Assembly: GCA_030324005.1 (NCBI GenBank)
Contig: JARDVH010000025.1
Coordinates: forward strand, 39,613,078 to 39,673,646
Direction: 5' to 3'
DNA: 60,569 bases
Source: Negaprion brevirostris
Lineage: Eukaryota
Both the position numbers and the translations under genes were made by a program. Positions 1-10,937 of this stretch are shown here, in pieces (positions within the stretch are counted from its first letter, which is position 1; each line of letters begins with the position of its first letter). Below the pieces are notes generated by a model. It did no database searches, was not told the DNA's origin, and saw only the letters and a program-made list of their open reading frames with translations.

Positions 1-160
1 CTAGGCAGGCTCTGCTTACTCTTGCATCTGAGTCGCAAATGAACCTACCAATGGCATACAAACCACACTGCCTCCTTGAATCTGCAAATCTCTGGGGAGT
101 GATATCCCCCCCACCTTTAACACTCTCTAATGATCCTATACTGTTGATTTATTCTCCTCT

Positions 161-1143
161 GCTAGAGGGCTGGAGGACGCCTAATGTAGTTCCACTTTTT
201 AAGAAGGATGGTAGAGATGAGCCAGGGAACTACAGACCAGTGAGTCTCAGGTCAGTGGTAGGGAAACCGGGGGAAAATTCTGAAGCAGAGAATTAATTTC
301 CACTTGGAAAGCCATGGGTTGATTAGGCTTAGTCAGCGTGGCTTTCTCAGAGGGAGGTCATGCTTATCAGATTTCATAGAATCCCTATAGTGCAGAAAGA
401 GGCGTTTGGCCCACCCAGCCTGCACCGGTGACAATCCCACCCAGGTTCGATCCCCGTAACCCCACGTATTTATCCCGCTAATCCCCTGACACTAATGGGC
501 AGTTTAGCATGGCCAATTCACCCAACCTGCACATCTTTGGACTGTCAGACGAAGCCAGAGCACCCGGAGGAAACCCGTGCAGACATGGAGAGAATGTGCA
601 AACTCCACACAGACAGTGACCCAAGGCTGGAATTGAACCCAGGTCCCTGGCACTGTGAGGCAGCAGTGCCGCCCATACTGTAAAATATTCCAAAAAATTG
701 ATTGAATATGTGGATGAGGGGAGTGCAGTTGATATAATTTGTATGGATTTTAGCAAAGTCTTTGACAAGGTCCTACATAGGAGACTGATTGAGAAGGTTG
801 AAGCACATGGAATACAGGGAAACTTGGCAAGATGGATCAGAAACAGGCTTAATAATAAGACACAAAGGGTAATGGTAGAAGGTTGTTTGATGGAGCATTT
901 GAGCTATAAGGAGAGATTGGATATGCTTGCATTCTTTTCTTTGGAGTAGAGTAGGCAGAGGGGGAGCATGATTAAGATGTATAAGATTATGAGGGGTTGG
1001 GAAGAGATGAATTGGGAGGGGTCAATCACAAGGGGACATAATTTTAGAGTGAGGGGCAGGAGGGGTAGTTATTGTTAATGCAGACTAGATGGGCTGAAAG
1101 GCTTTTTCTGCACTATACAGATGTATAACTCTGTGTTATCTAT
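161..1143 (+). mobile_element. CR1-clade LINE ORF2 (reverse transcriptase) remnant, interrupted by a SINE and internally deleted
   Basis: Translates to WRTPNVVPLFKK..PGNYRPVSL and VDIICMDFSKVFDKVLHRRL..GIQGNLARWI, then jumps to the C-terminal LSYKERLD..FSLE motif and a CR1-type 3' end. Confidence 0.9.
375..674 (-). mobile_element. HE1-type V-SINE (tRNA-derived head, V domain, CR1-type tail) nested in the CR1
   Basis: Reverse complement reads GCACTGCTGCCTCACAGTGCCAGGGACCTGGGTTCAATTCC..GGGTTTCCTCCGGGTGCTC..TGCACTATAGGGATTCTATG. Confidence 0.92.
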
Positions 1144-2015
1144 GACTTTACCAGCTTCTGTATTTGCTTCTCAGTTTAAACTGGTACCTTCACTTTTCGT
1201 GCCACTGCTACCTGCAGTTTCCTGCTCTAACTGGTGGACCATGCCATTCTGTGCTCTCAGAACTCTCCATTGCTAATGTTATTTCCAACACTTTTTAAAT
1301 TAGTTTCAGTTTCTGCCAGTAACCTCCTCTGTTTGACCTGATGATTTACTCCACAGACAATTCGATCTCTCGGCATATCATTTTATGACGTGCTAAAGTC
1401 ACAGTGCTCCTCCATTTGCCCGAGCCTTGCTACGTAGATTGCGATGGTCTCCCCTAAGCCTCTCCCCATTGAACTGAATTTAAATCATTGCAAAATCATG
1501 GAGGGTTTTTGGTGGTACTGCCCTTTTACAAAGTCAATGATGTCTGCAAATGGGTTTGCATCAGGCTCATTTGACTATGGATCAATTTATAAGTTTGGGC
1601 CAACACATACTTAACAAAATTGTTTCTTCTTTCCCTCCTCAGTTCTGTTTGCTTTGAAGAAATATTCTAATCACTCAATATCCTGTAACAAATCTTCAGG
1701 AGAGGTGTCAAAGGCTCTACTAATGACAGGCCTCTCTGCAGCTCTTTTCAAATTTGCAAGCTTGACTTTGACTGGACCAGATTCTGTGCTGATGATCTTG
1801 TAGTTGCATTTGCTGCTCTTTACCCCATCGCTAGATGTAGTAGTTTGGCTCCACCAGTTAATAACAATCTATAGACATCTATTAATGAACAACAACTTTA
1901 TAGGGCAACGTAGGTTCAATCCTTCCAGACATGATTCTAAGATCTAACTGTGCGGACAAGGCCAAGAAGGTGGAGTGAAGCTTCAATTATTTTCCAGCTT
2001 GGTCAGTTCAGGTCA

Positions 2016-3152
2016 TGTGACCCTGTTAGAATATTGCCTTTTAAAGGGGCCAGACACCATAGATACAATGCTCCTTTACCCCCCAAAGCTTATTTTAACA
2101 ATTACACACAGATTTTAAGATTAACATGGATTACAAAGTACAATTTAAGATACAATGGTTTAATTAACACAAAGTCCCTTTAAACACACAAATTAGCTAT
2201 GGTTAAAGCTTCCACTCCACTTTTAACAGTGTATTCAGTATAGCTTTTACACCAGCCCCGTTAGGATTTCTTTGTTTTGAATGCTGTACAAACTGTTTAC
2301 AATTGCTTTAACTCTCGATTCCCAGACTGTTTTAAAAAGGCATCAAAGCTTTGATTTACCTCTGAAGTCTGCTATCCCACTTTAAATCTACTAACTGCAA
2401 AAGTGTCTTCAACTCAGAACACTTTGTTTACTCTTCCTTGAATTCTTCTAAACAATATCTTGGTTTCTGTTCTCACAGCTTCAGTTGTCTTAAGACATTT
2501 TTTCTGTCCCGAATCCCTGTTTATCTGGAAGTAACTGGTTCTTTAGGAAGGCAACCCCTTTGCAGCTCCTGTCCTGTCCAGCCTTTATTCTGACAGAGTT
2601 GAGAGGTGTTCACTCCCCAGTACCCTGTCTTCAACTACCATATATCCAGCTAAAACTAAAACTTAAAAGATTTAGGGAGAGCATGGTGGTACAACAGTTA
2701 GCACTGTTACCTCACAGCATCATGGACCTGGGNNNNNNNNNNNNNNNNNNNNNNNNNNNNNNNNNNNNNNNNNNNNNNNNNNNNNNNNNNNNNNNTCTCT
2801 CTGTGTTTGCGTGGGTTTCCTCCCACAGTCTAAATATGTGCAGGTTAGGTGGATTGGCCATGCTAAATTGCCTCTTAGTGTTAGGGGAATTAGTGGGGTA
2901 AATATGTAGGGTTACAGGGATAGAGCTTGAGTGGGATTGTTATCGCTGCAGACTCGGTGGGCTGAATGGCCTCCTTCTGCAGTGTTGAGATTCAATAATC
3001 CTATGATTCTACTTCCAACCTTACAAGGGCCTCCAGTTGCTAAGCAACCACTGCTACTTCTATTTATTTTTCACACTGTAACCCTTTCTAAGCACAATAG
3101 AATCACATATACAAACACTTTTGTCCAGCATGAATATAACTAAAGGTTTTAC
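2016..3152. mobile_element. possible solo LTR-like repeat containing a nested SINE
   Basis: TGT start, ACA end and LTR-like composition; no convincing TSD. Contains the palindrome GTTGCTAAGCAAC (RFX X-box-like) at 3036-3048. Confidence 0.3.
2674..3011 (+). mobile_element. HE1-type V-SINE spanning an N gap
   Basis: Head AGCATGGTGGTACAACAGTTAGCACTG, V domain GGGTTTCCTCCCACAGTC..GGATTGGCCATGCTAAATTG, tail GGCCTCCTTCTGCAGTG..CTATGATTCTA. Confidence 0.9.
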
Positions 3153-3166
3153 ACCCCAATGCAAAC

Positions 3167-3410
3167 ATAGAATCATAGAATAGTATCATAGAATCATTGA
3201 ATCCCGACAATACATAGAGGCCATTCAGTCCATCAAGTCTACACTGACTCTCTGACATAATATTTTACTCTTTCCCTCACTCTATCCCCATAACCCCACA
3301 CATTTTCCATGGCTAATCCATCCAACCTTGGGACACTAAGGGGCAATTTAACATGGCCAATCCACCTCAATTGCACATCTTTCGACTTTAGGAAGTAACT
3401 GGAGTACCCA
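3167..3410 (-). mobile_element. HE1-type V-SINE, 5'-truncated
   Basis: (CATAGAAT)n tail repeats followed by the V-domain complement GGGGCAATTTAACATGGCCAATCCACC. Confidence 0.8.
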
Positions 3411-4261
3411 AAGGATAAGGGATTTATCTGCAGTCATGCAGATTATTCCCTTAAAACTACCTTTGTTTTCCTAACATTTTGTGAATACCTCCATTAATGT
3501 TCTAATTTGAAGGATTGAGGCTTTTCTGAGACCCTGGGTTTGGACTCGCTGTTTTTGTCCAAAGCTATGACTGTTATCTGATGACAGATTCTGCAGTTTG
3601 AACTTAAACAATGTGCAAAACTTCTCAGGATGTTTCAGCAGCATTTAGTCGGCATTTAAGTTATTCATCAGCCTCCAACGTTATGTGTCTGGCTGTTTAA
3701 CAGATTTATTGGAAAAAGCTAGAGGGCTAATTTCAAAAGTTTTACTTAGCAAACNNNNNNNNNNAAACGTTTATGCCCAGTGAGAACAGAACAGGTTTGA
3801 GTGGGATGTCTGATTTAGAGACAATCTGATTTTCAGCCTGATTAGTAGACGATGCGTGCTAAGTCACAACAGGGGTTTTAGGTTTTTAGCAATACAGAGT
3901 GACAGTAAGACTGGGCATGAGTGAGAGAGAGAAAGCAAAAGATTCAGCACACAGAATTCAAATATGACTGTACTGGTGTCTCAGCTTTTATATATGAATT
4001 CAAATAGGATTTTCCCAAGGAAATTTCTTTTTTGCAGCTTTTCATCTTTTGCACTTTGGCATTTATTGCTACACAAGTAGGACTTGAAGAAGTAAATCGG
4101 GCAAGGACATCATTCACCCATCATCCATCCATCTAATTCTCATCTCCCAAAGCCATCAGGCATACAAAACAAAAATGGAACCAAATTGCCTATATATGGA
4201 CATAATTTCCCCTGTTTCCAATGATCTCAGACCATGTCACTCCAAAGCTGTCATTTTTTTT

Positions 4262-4510
4262 AAATTAATCTTTTCACAGGCTGTGGGCTTCACTAGCAAG
4301 GTCAGCATTTTTATCATCCATCCCTAATTGCCCTTGATATGGTGGTGGGAAGCCATCTTTTTGAACCATTGCAGTCCATGTGGTGTAGATATTCCCACAG
4401 TGCTGTTCCAGGAATCAAATCCTGCCACAGCGAAGGAACGACGATATTGTTCCAAGTCAAGATGGTGTAGGTCAGGAGGGGAACTTGCATCTGCCTTCAT
4501 CTTAAAGGCC
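4262..4510 (-). mobile_element. 3' end of a CR1/L2-group LINE (same tail type as the Deu-domain SINEs)
   Basis: Minus-strand translation WNSTVGISTPHGLQWFKKMASHHHIKGN, nearly identical to the copy at 48750-49245. Confidence 0.8.
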
Positions 4511-5435
4511 TCTGGATATGATGTCCAGTGGACTAGTGCCTCTTGCAATGTCTCCACATCCTAGGTATCTTGCAGTTTCAGTTGCCTCTTTGTCAGACAT
4601 TCAGGAACCCAATTGCTCTGATGTTGTCTGACTCTAGAACATCTGTCTGCTGCACCCAGATCATAGAAACCAATTTTGAATTCTCTCAAAACATTGAACC
4701 CAGATTCCACTGCAAAAATATCCTGGTACATTAGCTATCAGTTCCAACATTCCTGCAGTCCTCTTCACTTCTTCAGTGTGCCGGATGCACTTCTCAAAGA
4801 CTCATGGATTCCCATCCCTGCCACACTCCCAATTTCCAAATCCTGGGAAACTTCTTACCAATGTCACCACATTCCTTAAATTCCAAGCTGGAGTCCTATA
4901 TTCCAGAAGTCCTCAATTTTCTAAGAGTCTCCTTGTCTTCCTAGATAACAGTGCCACGCCAGATCCACAACCTTCTTTCCCCACTGCTAATGCATTCTAA
5001 TGCCTTCCAGTACCTCCACAATATATGACCTTATTCCTTTAGATTTCCCAAAACCAATAATTCCTCCCTTTCAGTGCTCCCAAACTTTCTGCACCTCTAT
5101 CCCTAGTGCTATCATCTCCTGATCCAATTCCACAACCCCAACCCAGTCCTGCCAAACAGTAACAACATGCTAAACCTTGCTGCATACCCTAGCTTTATAA
5201 AAGGTAAAAGATAAAAGTAGATTACCTAGGTGAAGGGATATGAAATAGTCAAGACCTCTGAATTACAGAAAAATTGATGGTCAGAAAATCCAATCCCCAG
5301 AATAATGGTTATTTTCTCAGAACGCCAGGTCACAAAAGGACCAGAAAATTTGACTTATTCAATTGCGGTTAATCAATGACCCTGATAATATAATGTCTGT
5401 TACCTGTCATAATACCACCGTTGTTACAAAGCAGC

Positions 5436-5610
5436 ATGGGTTAAATTTTCACCTTCACCGCCTGGGCATTTATCTGGTCCAGTGGGTCGCTTGCCTAGTT
5501 TTCATGCCATTGGAATCAACTAAATGAAAACGAAGCTGGTTCCAAATCAAGTGGGCGATCCACTCTGACGCATTACTGCCCAGAAGATGAAGGTGAAAAA
5601 TACCCTCCAT
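5436..5610. mobile_element. palindromic MITE-like element (PIF/Harbinger-like ends)
   Basis: Inverted arms TTTTCACCTTCA..CTGGGCA and TGCCCAG..TGAAGGTGAAAA; similar design at 22218-22410. Confidence 0.6.
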
Positions 5611-5802
5611 GTATCTGACTCAATTTCCACAACAGCATGACTCACCTACTATTAATATAAAACAACAAACATGCAACATAAGTTAACAACACAAACATGT
5701 CACTGATTGAGCTGTGGCTCTCGATTCTGTTCTTGAAACTTGTGTCAAATAAGTTTCCATGGGGTTAAATGAATCTCAATCTTTCCTTTCCTTTTTCCTA
5801 AT

Positions 5803-6136
5803 ATCATAGAATCATAGAACTCTACAGTGCAGAAAGAGGCCATTTGGCCCATCGAGTCTGCACCAACCACAATCCCACCCAGGCCCTACCCCCATATCCC
5901 TACATATTTTACACACTAATCCCTCTAACCTATGCATCTCAGGACACTAAGGGGCAATTTTAGCATGGCCAATCGACCTAACCTGCACATCTTTGGACTG
6001 TGGGAGGAAACCGGAGCACCAAGAGGAAACCCACGCAGACACGAGGAGAATGTGCAAACTCCACACAGTGACCCGAGCTGGAAATCAAATACAGGTCACT
6101 GGAGCTGTGAAGCAGCAGTGCTAACCACTGTGCTAC
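5803..6136 (-). mobile_element. HE1-type V-SINE, near full length
   Basis: Head, V domain and (ATTCTATG)n tail all visible on the minus strand. Confidence 0.93.
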
Positions 6137-6584
6137 TGGGATATTGTGTTGTAGTAACACAATAAGGAAAATTAATGTTTTTCTTTAACATTTATTTCGT
6201 AACCATCTCGTGAAGAACAATGTCCATGGAATGCAATATCTTTTTTCGGACACTACAGCAAAGGTCACATTTGCACAGGTGTGTTTTGTGGAATTCGATG
6301 TCTCTCAGAAGAGGGTCTGAAAATGCATTGCTGGTGTGTTACCAGCTAAATGTCCATTGCCAGTGGTTTGGCAAGGAAGAAGTCTGCCTTTTCTTCTTTC
6401 TGAACAGCAGAAGTTCCAAGAAGTGGAGACAGCAAATGAAGGATGAGTGAAACTGGGGGAAAAGTCTCAAAACAGGAATGAAAAATGTTTTGGAGTAAAA
6501 ATGACCTTTTTAGTACTCGAATCGATTACTTTTAAGGTGAGAAATATTATCAGTTAATGAAAAGGAATGAGAGGAGGGGAAAAA

Positions 6585-6666
6585 AACAAGAGTTAACGTT
6601 TCAGCTGCTGGGCTCTGATGGAAGGTCAGAAGAACTGAAATGCCTTTCCATCTCCAGGGACCTGCT
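6585..6666 (+). mobile_element. degenerate Penelope-like element remnant with a decayed hammerhead core
   Basis: AGAGTTAACGTTTCAG..CTGATGGAAGGTCAGAAGAACTGAAA..TCTCCAGGGACCTGC resembles the better-preserved copy at 40420-40560. Confidence 0.45.
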
Positions 6667-6879
6667 TCATTTGGTTACAGAGAGAAAGTGAAAAATAGAT
6701 CTTTTGGCAAGTAGTTGAGGAGGACCCAGAAAAGTCTGTCGACTGAACGACACCAATTGATAAAGAAAACAAATGAAATGGAGACAGACTAGGAATAATA
6801 ATATAAATTGGTGTTTATAAAGAGCTAGGGTGGGAAGCTGGAAATGCCTGACTTTAAAAAAAAAGAGTCGTTCTGCTCG

Positions 6880-7240
6880 AGGGGAGATCCTGAGAGCCAG
6901 CAGGGCGGGTGGTGGAGGCTTTAAGGTCACTGCTGGGAAAGGGGGACATGAGGCTCTGAGCGGCTCCGCCATCCATGGTCCAGCCCCGCTGGCTGAGCGT
7001 CACTCGCTCCTCCCCGAGTAAGCAGCAGTGAACAGAGGAGCTGGAGCTGCTTCTGCCTCTCTCTCTCTGCCCCTGCTCATCCACACCTACCTCACATGGT
7101 GTGTGTGTGTATGTGTGTGTCCTGTTCTCCCAGGCAGGGCTTCGTTATTTCAGCATACCACCCCCGCCCCCCCGCCAAATCCCCACCTCCCCGCTCGCAT
7201 GATTGTATAAATCTCCTAACTGAAAAAGGAAGCTACAAAC
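6880..7240 (+). promoter_or_regulatory. PDE7B: putative PDE7B promoter
   Basis: Local GC/CpG enrichment; GC boxes at 6903, 6964 and 7161-7176; CRE half-site CGTCA 6998-7002; (CT)n and (TG)n tracts 7056-7120; TATAAAT 7206-7212, about 270 nt upstream of the ATG. A TSS near 7235 is inferred only. Confidence 0.7.
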
Positions 7241-7379
7241 AGTGAGAGAAAGAAAATAGAAGCAACTGGCGGAGACTGTGTTTTCCTGGAGTCACTCGGG
7301 GGCTTGCCTCCGATTTTTTTTTGGTTTTTAAATTATTTGGGGAGGTGTGTATGCGTGTGTGAGAGCTTTGCCATCCTGG

Positions 7380-7499
7380 ATGCAGCTGCTGGATTGTGCA
7401 GCGCCAAGCTTCATGAGCAACCCGCACCAATTGGAGATTCCAAGGCATTCCAGGGTCACCAGACTGCCACTATGGTTAAATGTCTTGTTTAATGGTTGA
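7380..7499 (+). CDS. 39-aa upstream ORF overlapping the PDE7B start (MQLLDCAAPSFMSNPHQLEIPRHSRVTRLPLWLNVLFNG)
   Basis: ATG 7380, in-frame ATG 7413, TGA 7497-7499; open throughout and out of frame with PDE7B. Translation is not demonstrated. Confidence 0.55.
   Translation: MQLLDCAAPSFMSNPHQLEIPRHSRVTRLPLWLNVLFNG
7472..7492 (+). promoter_or_regulatory. 6-codon overlapping uORF (MVKCLV*) in strong Kozak context
   Basis: GCCACTATGG (A at -3, G at +4); its stop TAA 7490-7492 shares an A with the PDE7B Met5 ATG. Confidence 0.65.
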
Positions 7500-7500
7500 G
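7480..7500 (+). CDS. PDE7B: cAMP-specific phosphodiesterase 7B, coding part of exon 1 (MSCLMVE)
   Basis: ATG TCT TGT TTA ATG GTT GAG followed by donor GTACGT; matches the PDE7B N-terminus MSCLMVE(RCG) as I recall it; in-frame TAA directly upstream; phase 0 joins exon 2. Confidence 0.93.
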
Positions 7501-7943
7501 GTACGTATTGTGGAAGCTTCAAGGTGAGCAATAGACGAGTAAATATAAATTTGCCGTNNNNNNNNNNNNNNNNNNNNNNNNNNNNNNNNNNNNNNNNNNN
7601 NNNNNNNNNNNNNNNNNNNNNNNNNNNNNNNNNNNNNNNNNNNNNNNNNNNNNNNNNNNNNNNNNNNNNNNNNNNNNNNNNNNNNNNNNNNNNNNNNNNN
7701 NNNNNNNNNNNNNNNNNNNNNNNNNNNNNNNNNNNNNNNNNNNNNNNNNNNNNNNNNNNNNNNNNNNNNNNNNNNNNNNNNNNNNNNNNNNNNNNNNNNN
7801 NNNNNNNNNNNNNNNNNNNNNNNNNNNNNNNNNNNNNNNNNNNNNNNNNNNNNNNNNNNNNNNNNNNNNNNNNNNNNNNNNNNNNNNNNNNNNNNNNNNN
7901 NNNNNNNNNNNNNNNNNNNNNNNNNNNNNNNNNNNNNNNNNNN

Positions 7944-8091
7944 TGTATCTGCCTGGGTTTGGGGATGGAGGGTTGTATCTGCCTGGGTTTGGGGATGGGG
8001 GGTTGTATCTGCCTGGGTTTGGGGATGGAGGGTTGTATCTGCCTAGGTTTGGGGGTGGGGGTTGTATCTGCCTAGGTTTGGGGAGTGGGGG
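7944..8091. repeat. G-rich minisatellite, ~30-bp unit TGTATCTGCCTGGGTTTGGGGATGGAGGGT
   Basis: About five copies are visible; the array probably continues into the N gap 7558-7943. Confidence 0.93.
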
Positions 8092-10282
8092 AGGAGAGAG
8101 GATGATGTTGTTGCTGGTGGCTTTTTTGAAGGGACATGTGAATAGGTTGCTGTTGAAACGTGTGGATCGGCCCAGGTTTCCAGGGAACGCATCTGCCCAC
8201 TAACAAGATCAACAGATGAGTACTCTGTACAGAGCAGTGAGCTGACCCAGGCACTGGCTCTGGAGCTTTGCCTTGGCGCCAGTAGTTTTAAAGTCACGGT
8301 CGTGCTTGGCAATTGCCCCGACTGCCCCCACCCCCAGCTGCTAGTTTCTGCTAGCGCCCAGCCAGGCAAAGCACAGGCCACACATCAACGCGAACCGTCT
8401 CTCAGCTTTTCTCCTCCGCACCACTGTGCGAAATTTTTAACGTGTTTCGGTTGCTCTGTTAGTGCACTAAGTACTTACTTAGGGCGCTGTGTGATTTAAT
8501 GTAGGTTTAGTCTCTCAGACAAAAAAAACAACAGCATACCTAACAGTGATTCACACTAAAATTAATGTGCTTTTTCTTTGCTAACTGTGGAATATATTTT
8601 GTGTGTGATGCACCGANNNNNNNNNATTTTACAGGAGTGTGAATTACGAGAACAGTGACATAAACATAGCGAGGTATCTCTACCACATTTATAAACGTTA
8701 ACGGTTTAGAAACAATACCAACTCTTGCAATTTTTCTCTGTCGGGAGGTGTCCAGTACCAGTCGGTTTTGTGGATGAGGCAGAGTTAAATGAAGGGTGTG
8801 TTTCTCCTGTCTCTATTGAGATGAGACCACTGCGTGGGGTCCGGGCTAGGCAGTACAGTTTATACTAATTGCCTGACTCCAATTCTAATTCTCTCCGACA
8901 GAGAGCTCCGCACAGGCTGGTTTTATTCCTACATGCAGAGTGCTCAGCACTTCCTAAGCATTTAGGAAGCTCTTGATACATTTATGATCTGCCAAGGTGT
9001 ACTTTTAAAACAAGTTTTTGCGCTGTATTGCAATGGTCTATGCTATGGGGGTCTCTAACCCTAGTGATGTGAGAGTGCGGACTTTTCTGCACTCTCACTC
9101 AGTCCAGAGCTGCTTGTGAACGGAACTCTGGGATACTGGTGTCACTTTTGAACTGTTTCAGTGGTTTACATTATCTCTCCAGGTTGTTCGGTGCGGTAGC
9201 ATTTTGTGTGCATATAATGTTAATACTAATAGATATAATTTACTTTTTTAAAAACCTGAACATCTATGTCAACATTTAGTCGAGGTGGTGCATTATAGGT
9301 GATTGGGAAGCAAAATCAAATACTGAAATGGTACAGAGTAGCCTCGAATCACAAACCAATGGAATGCAGATTTGCTGCTGCCTTCTTGTTGTTAGCAATG
9401 TCAGCCACATTGCTGTGGGAAAGTGCCAAGTCTAGGCCAAACACAACTCCAAGAAGAACCAGGAACACTGGATGGGATAGTTGTCCATTGGACTAATCTT
9501 TTGTATTTTCAGGACTTACTCAGACTGCAACTGATAGCAACCCGCTGAGTATAGATAGTCTGGCGAGAAATGGTTGCTGACTGACTTGGGGTTTAGGGGA
9601 AGAAAGAAGAATGTTAAAATCTCAAAAATCTGCTTGTGTCATGTGCTTTCTGTTAGAATGGACTTAAATCCCAGTCTGCCGATGCCCATTCAATACTGCA
9701 CCATCTAACACAATGATCTACTGCTTCTTTGCTTGCGAGAAAATCTTGTTTAACTTGTGCCTGCAGCACTTGTGGGTTGTGTATCTTTCAAGTACAGTTT
9801 CAAACAAGATTTTTGCAGCCATCTTTTTACATATTTTGTAAGCTCTGCCTAACCATGGCAGTACTTCAAAATTACAACCTTAATCTAGCTGCAGTTTATT
9901 TAAAGAATCTTTATTTTCTCCTTCGTATAGTTGCTCCAAACATATTAGTTACCGAAAAGAGAGGTGGTTGTGAGTCACGTTTATTCAATAAGAAAGCTCA
10001 CCATTAAACAGTCAAATACTCGTTTAGTTATCGCTGTCAATAGTATTAAGAAATACCTGTAAAAAAAGAATATTAATTACTGCTGACAAATTCTGGAGGT
10101 GTGATCACTGTGAAATTGGTGTCAGAATTAAATTTCTTACATCACTTAGCAGCTATTGTTTGATAATAATGCATTGCACAGGTAGAAAATTTTGAATTCT
10201 CTTGAAGAAACCAGTCATGTTAATAACAAACCAGTGATTCTCAAACTGTTTGCCGTTGATTGTGGAAGTTTGCTAAGGGAAT

Positions 10283-10597
10283 AGCAATATAATGATTATG
10301 TTACTGAACTAGTAACCCAAACCCTCACGCTCATAATAAATATCCTGGTAGTTTGAAAATTCCAAATCAATTGACAAATAAAGGAACTAAAAAGCAGGCA
10401 ACCATGAAAGTGACTAGCTAGCTATTGGTATGTTGTAAACTCTCAACTGGTTCACGAATGTCCTTTCAGAAAAAAAAACTACTTTACCCAGCCTGTGTAG
10501 TTGACTCTTCTTTGGCCTCAGAGGTGGCTGAGCATTAGTTAAGGATGGGCAATACATGCTGATTTTGTAAGAGACATACCAAAGAAATAAATAAATA
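10283..10597 (+). mobile_element. old Deu-domain SINE (SacSINE1/AmnSINE1-like)
   Basis: AACTGGTTCACGAATGTCCTTT core and GGATGGGCAATACATGCTG tail, matching the copy at 13000-13628. Confidence 0.65.
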
Positions 10598-10635
10598 CGT
10601 TTTGGTACTCAATGTCAGCCCATCCAGATTGATTA

Positions 10636-10937
10636 TATGAACTAGGAGTAGGCCATTCAGCCCTTCGACACCTCCGTCATTCATTTTTCATCATGATTGA
10701 TAATCAAATTCAATGTCCTGATCCTCCCTTTCCCCCATTTGACTCCTTTAGCCCCAAGAGCTATATCTAATTTCTTCTTGAAATCAGACAACATTTTGGC
10801 CTCAACTTCTTTCCATGGTAATGAATTCTACACATTTGCCACCCTCTGGGTAAAGAAATTTCTCCTCACCTCAGTTCTAAAAGGTTTACCCCTCATCCTC
10901 AAACTATGACCCCGTGTTCTGGACTCCTCCACCATCA
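10636..10937 (-). mobile_element. CR1 LINE 3' end
   Basis: Minus strand encodes RRNFFTQRVANV.NSLP; closely similar to 51682-51985. Confidence 0.88.

Noticed and set aside
7944-8091. CRISPR-like array
   Set aside because: Head-to-tail tandem units with no unique spacers, in vertebrate DNA with no cas genes.
7524-8203. Long ORFs with GCICLGLG or LYLPGFGD repeats
   Set aside because: They are translations of an N gap and the 30-bp minisatellite.
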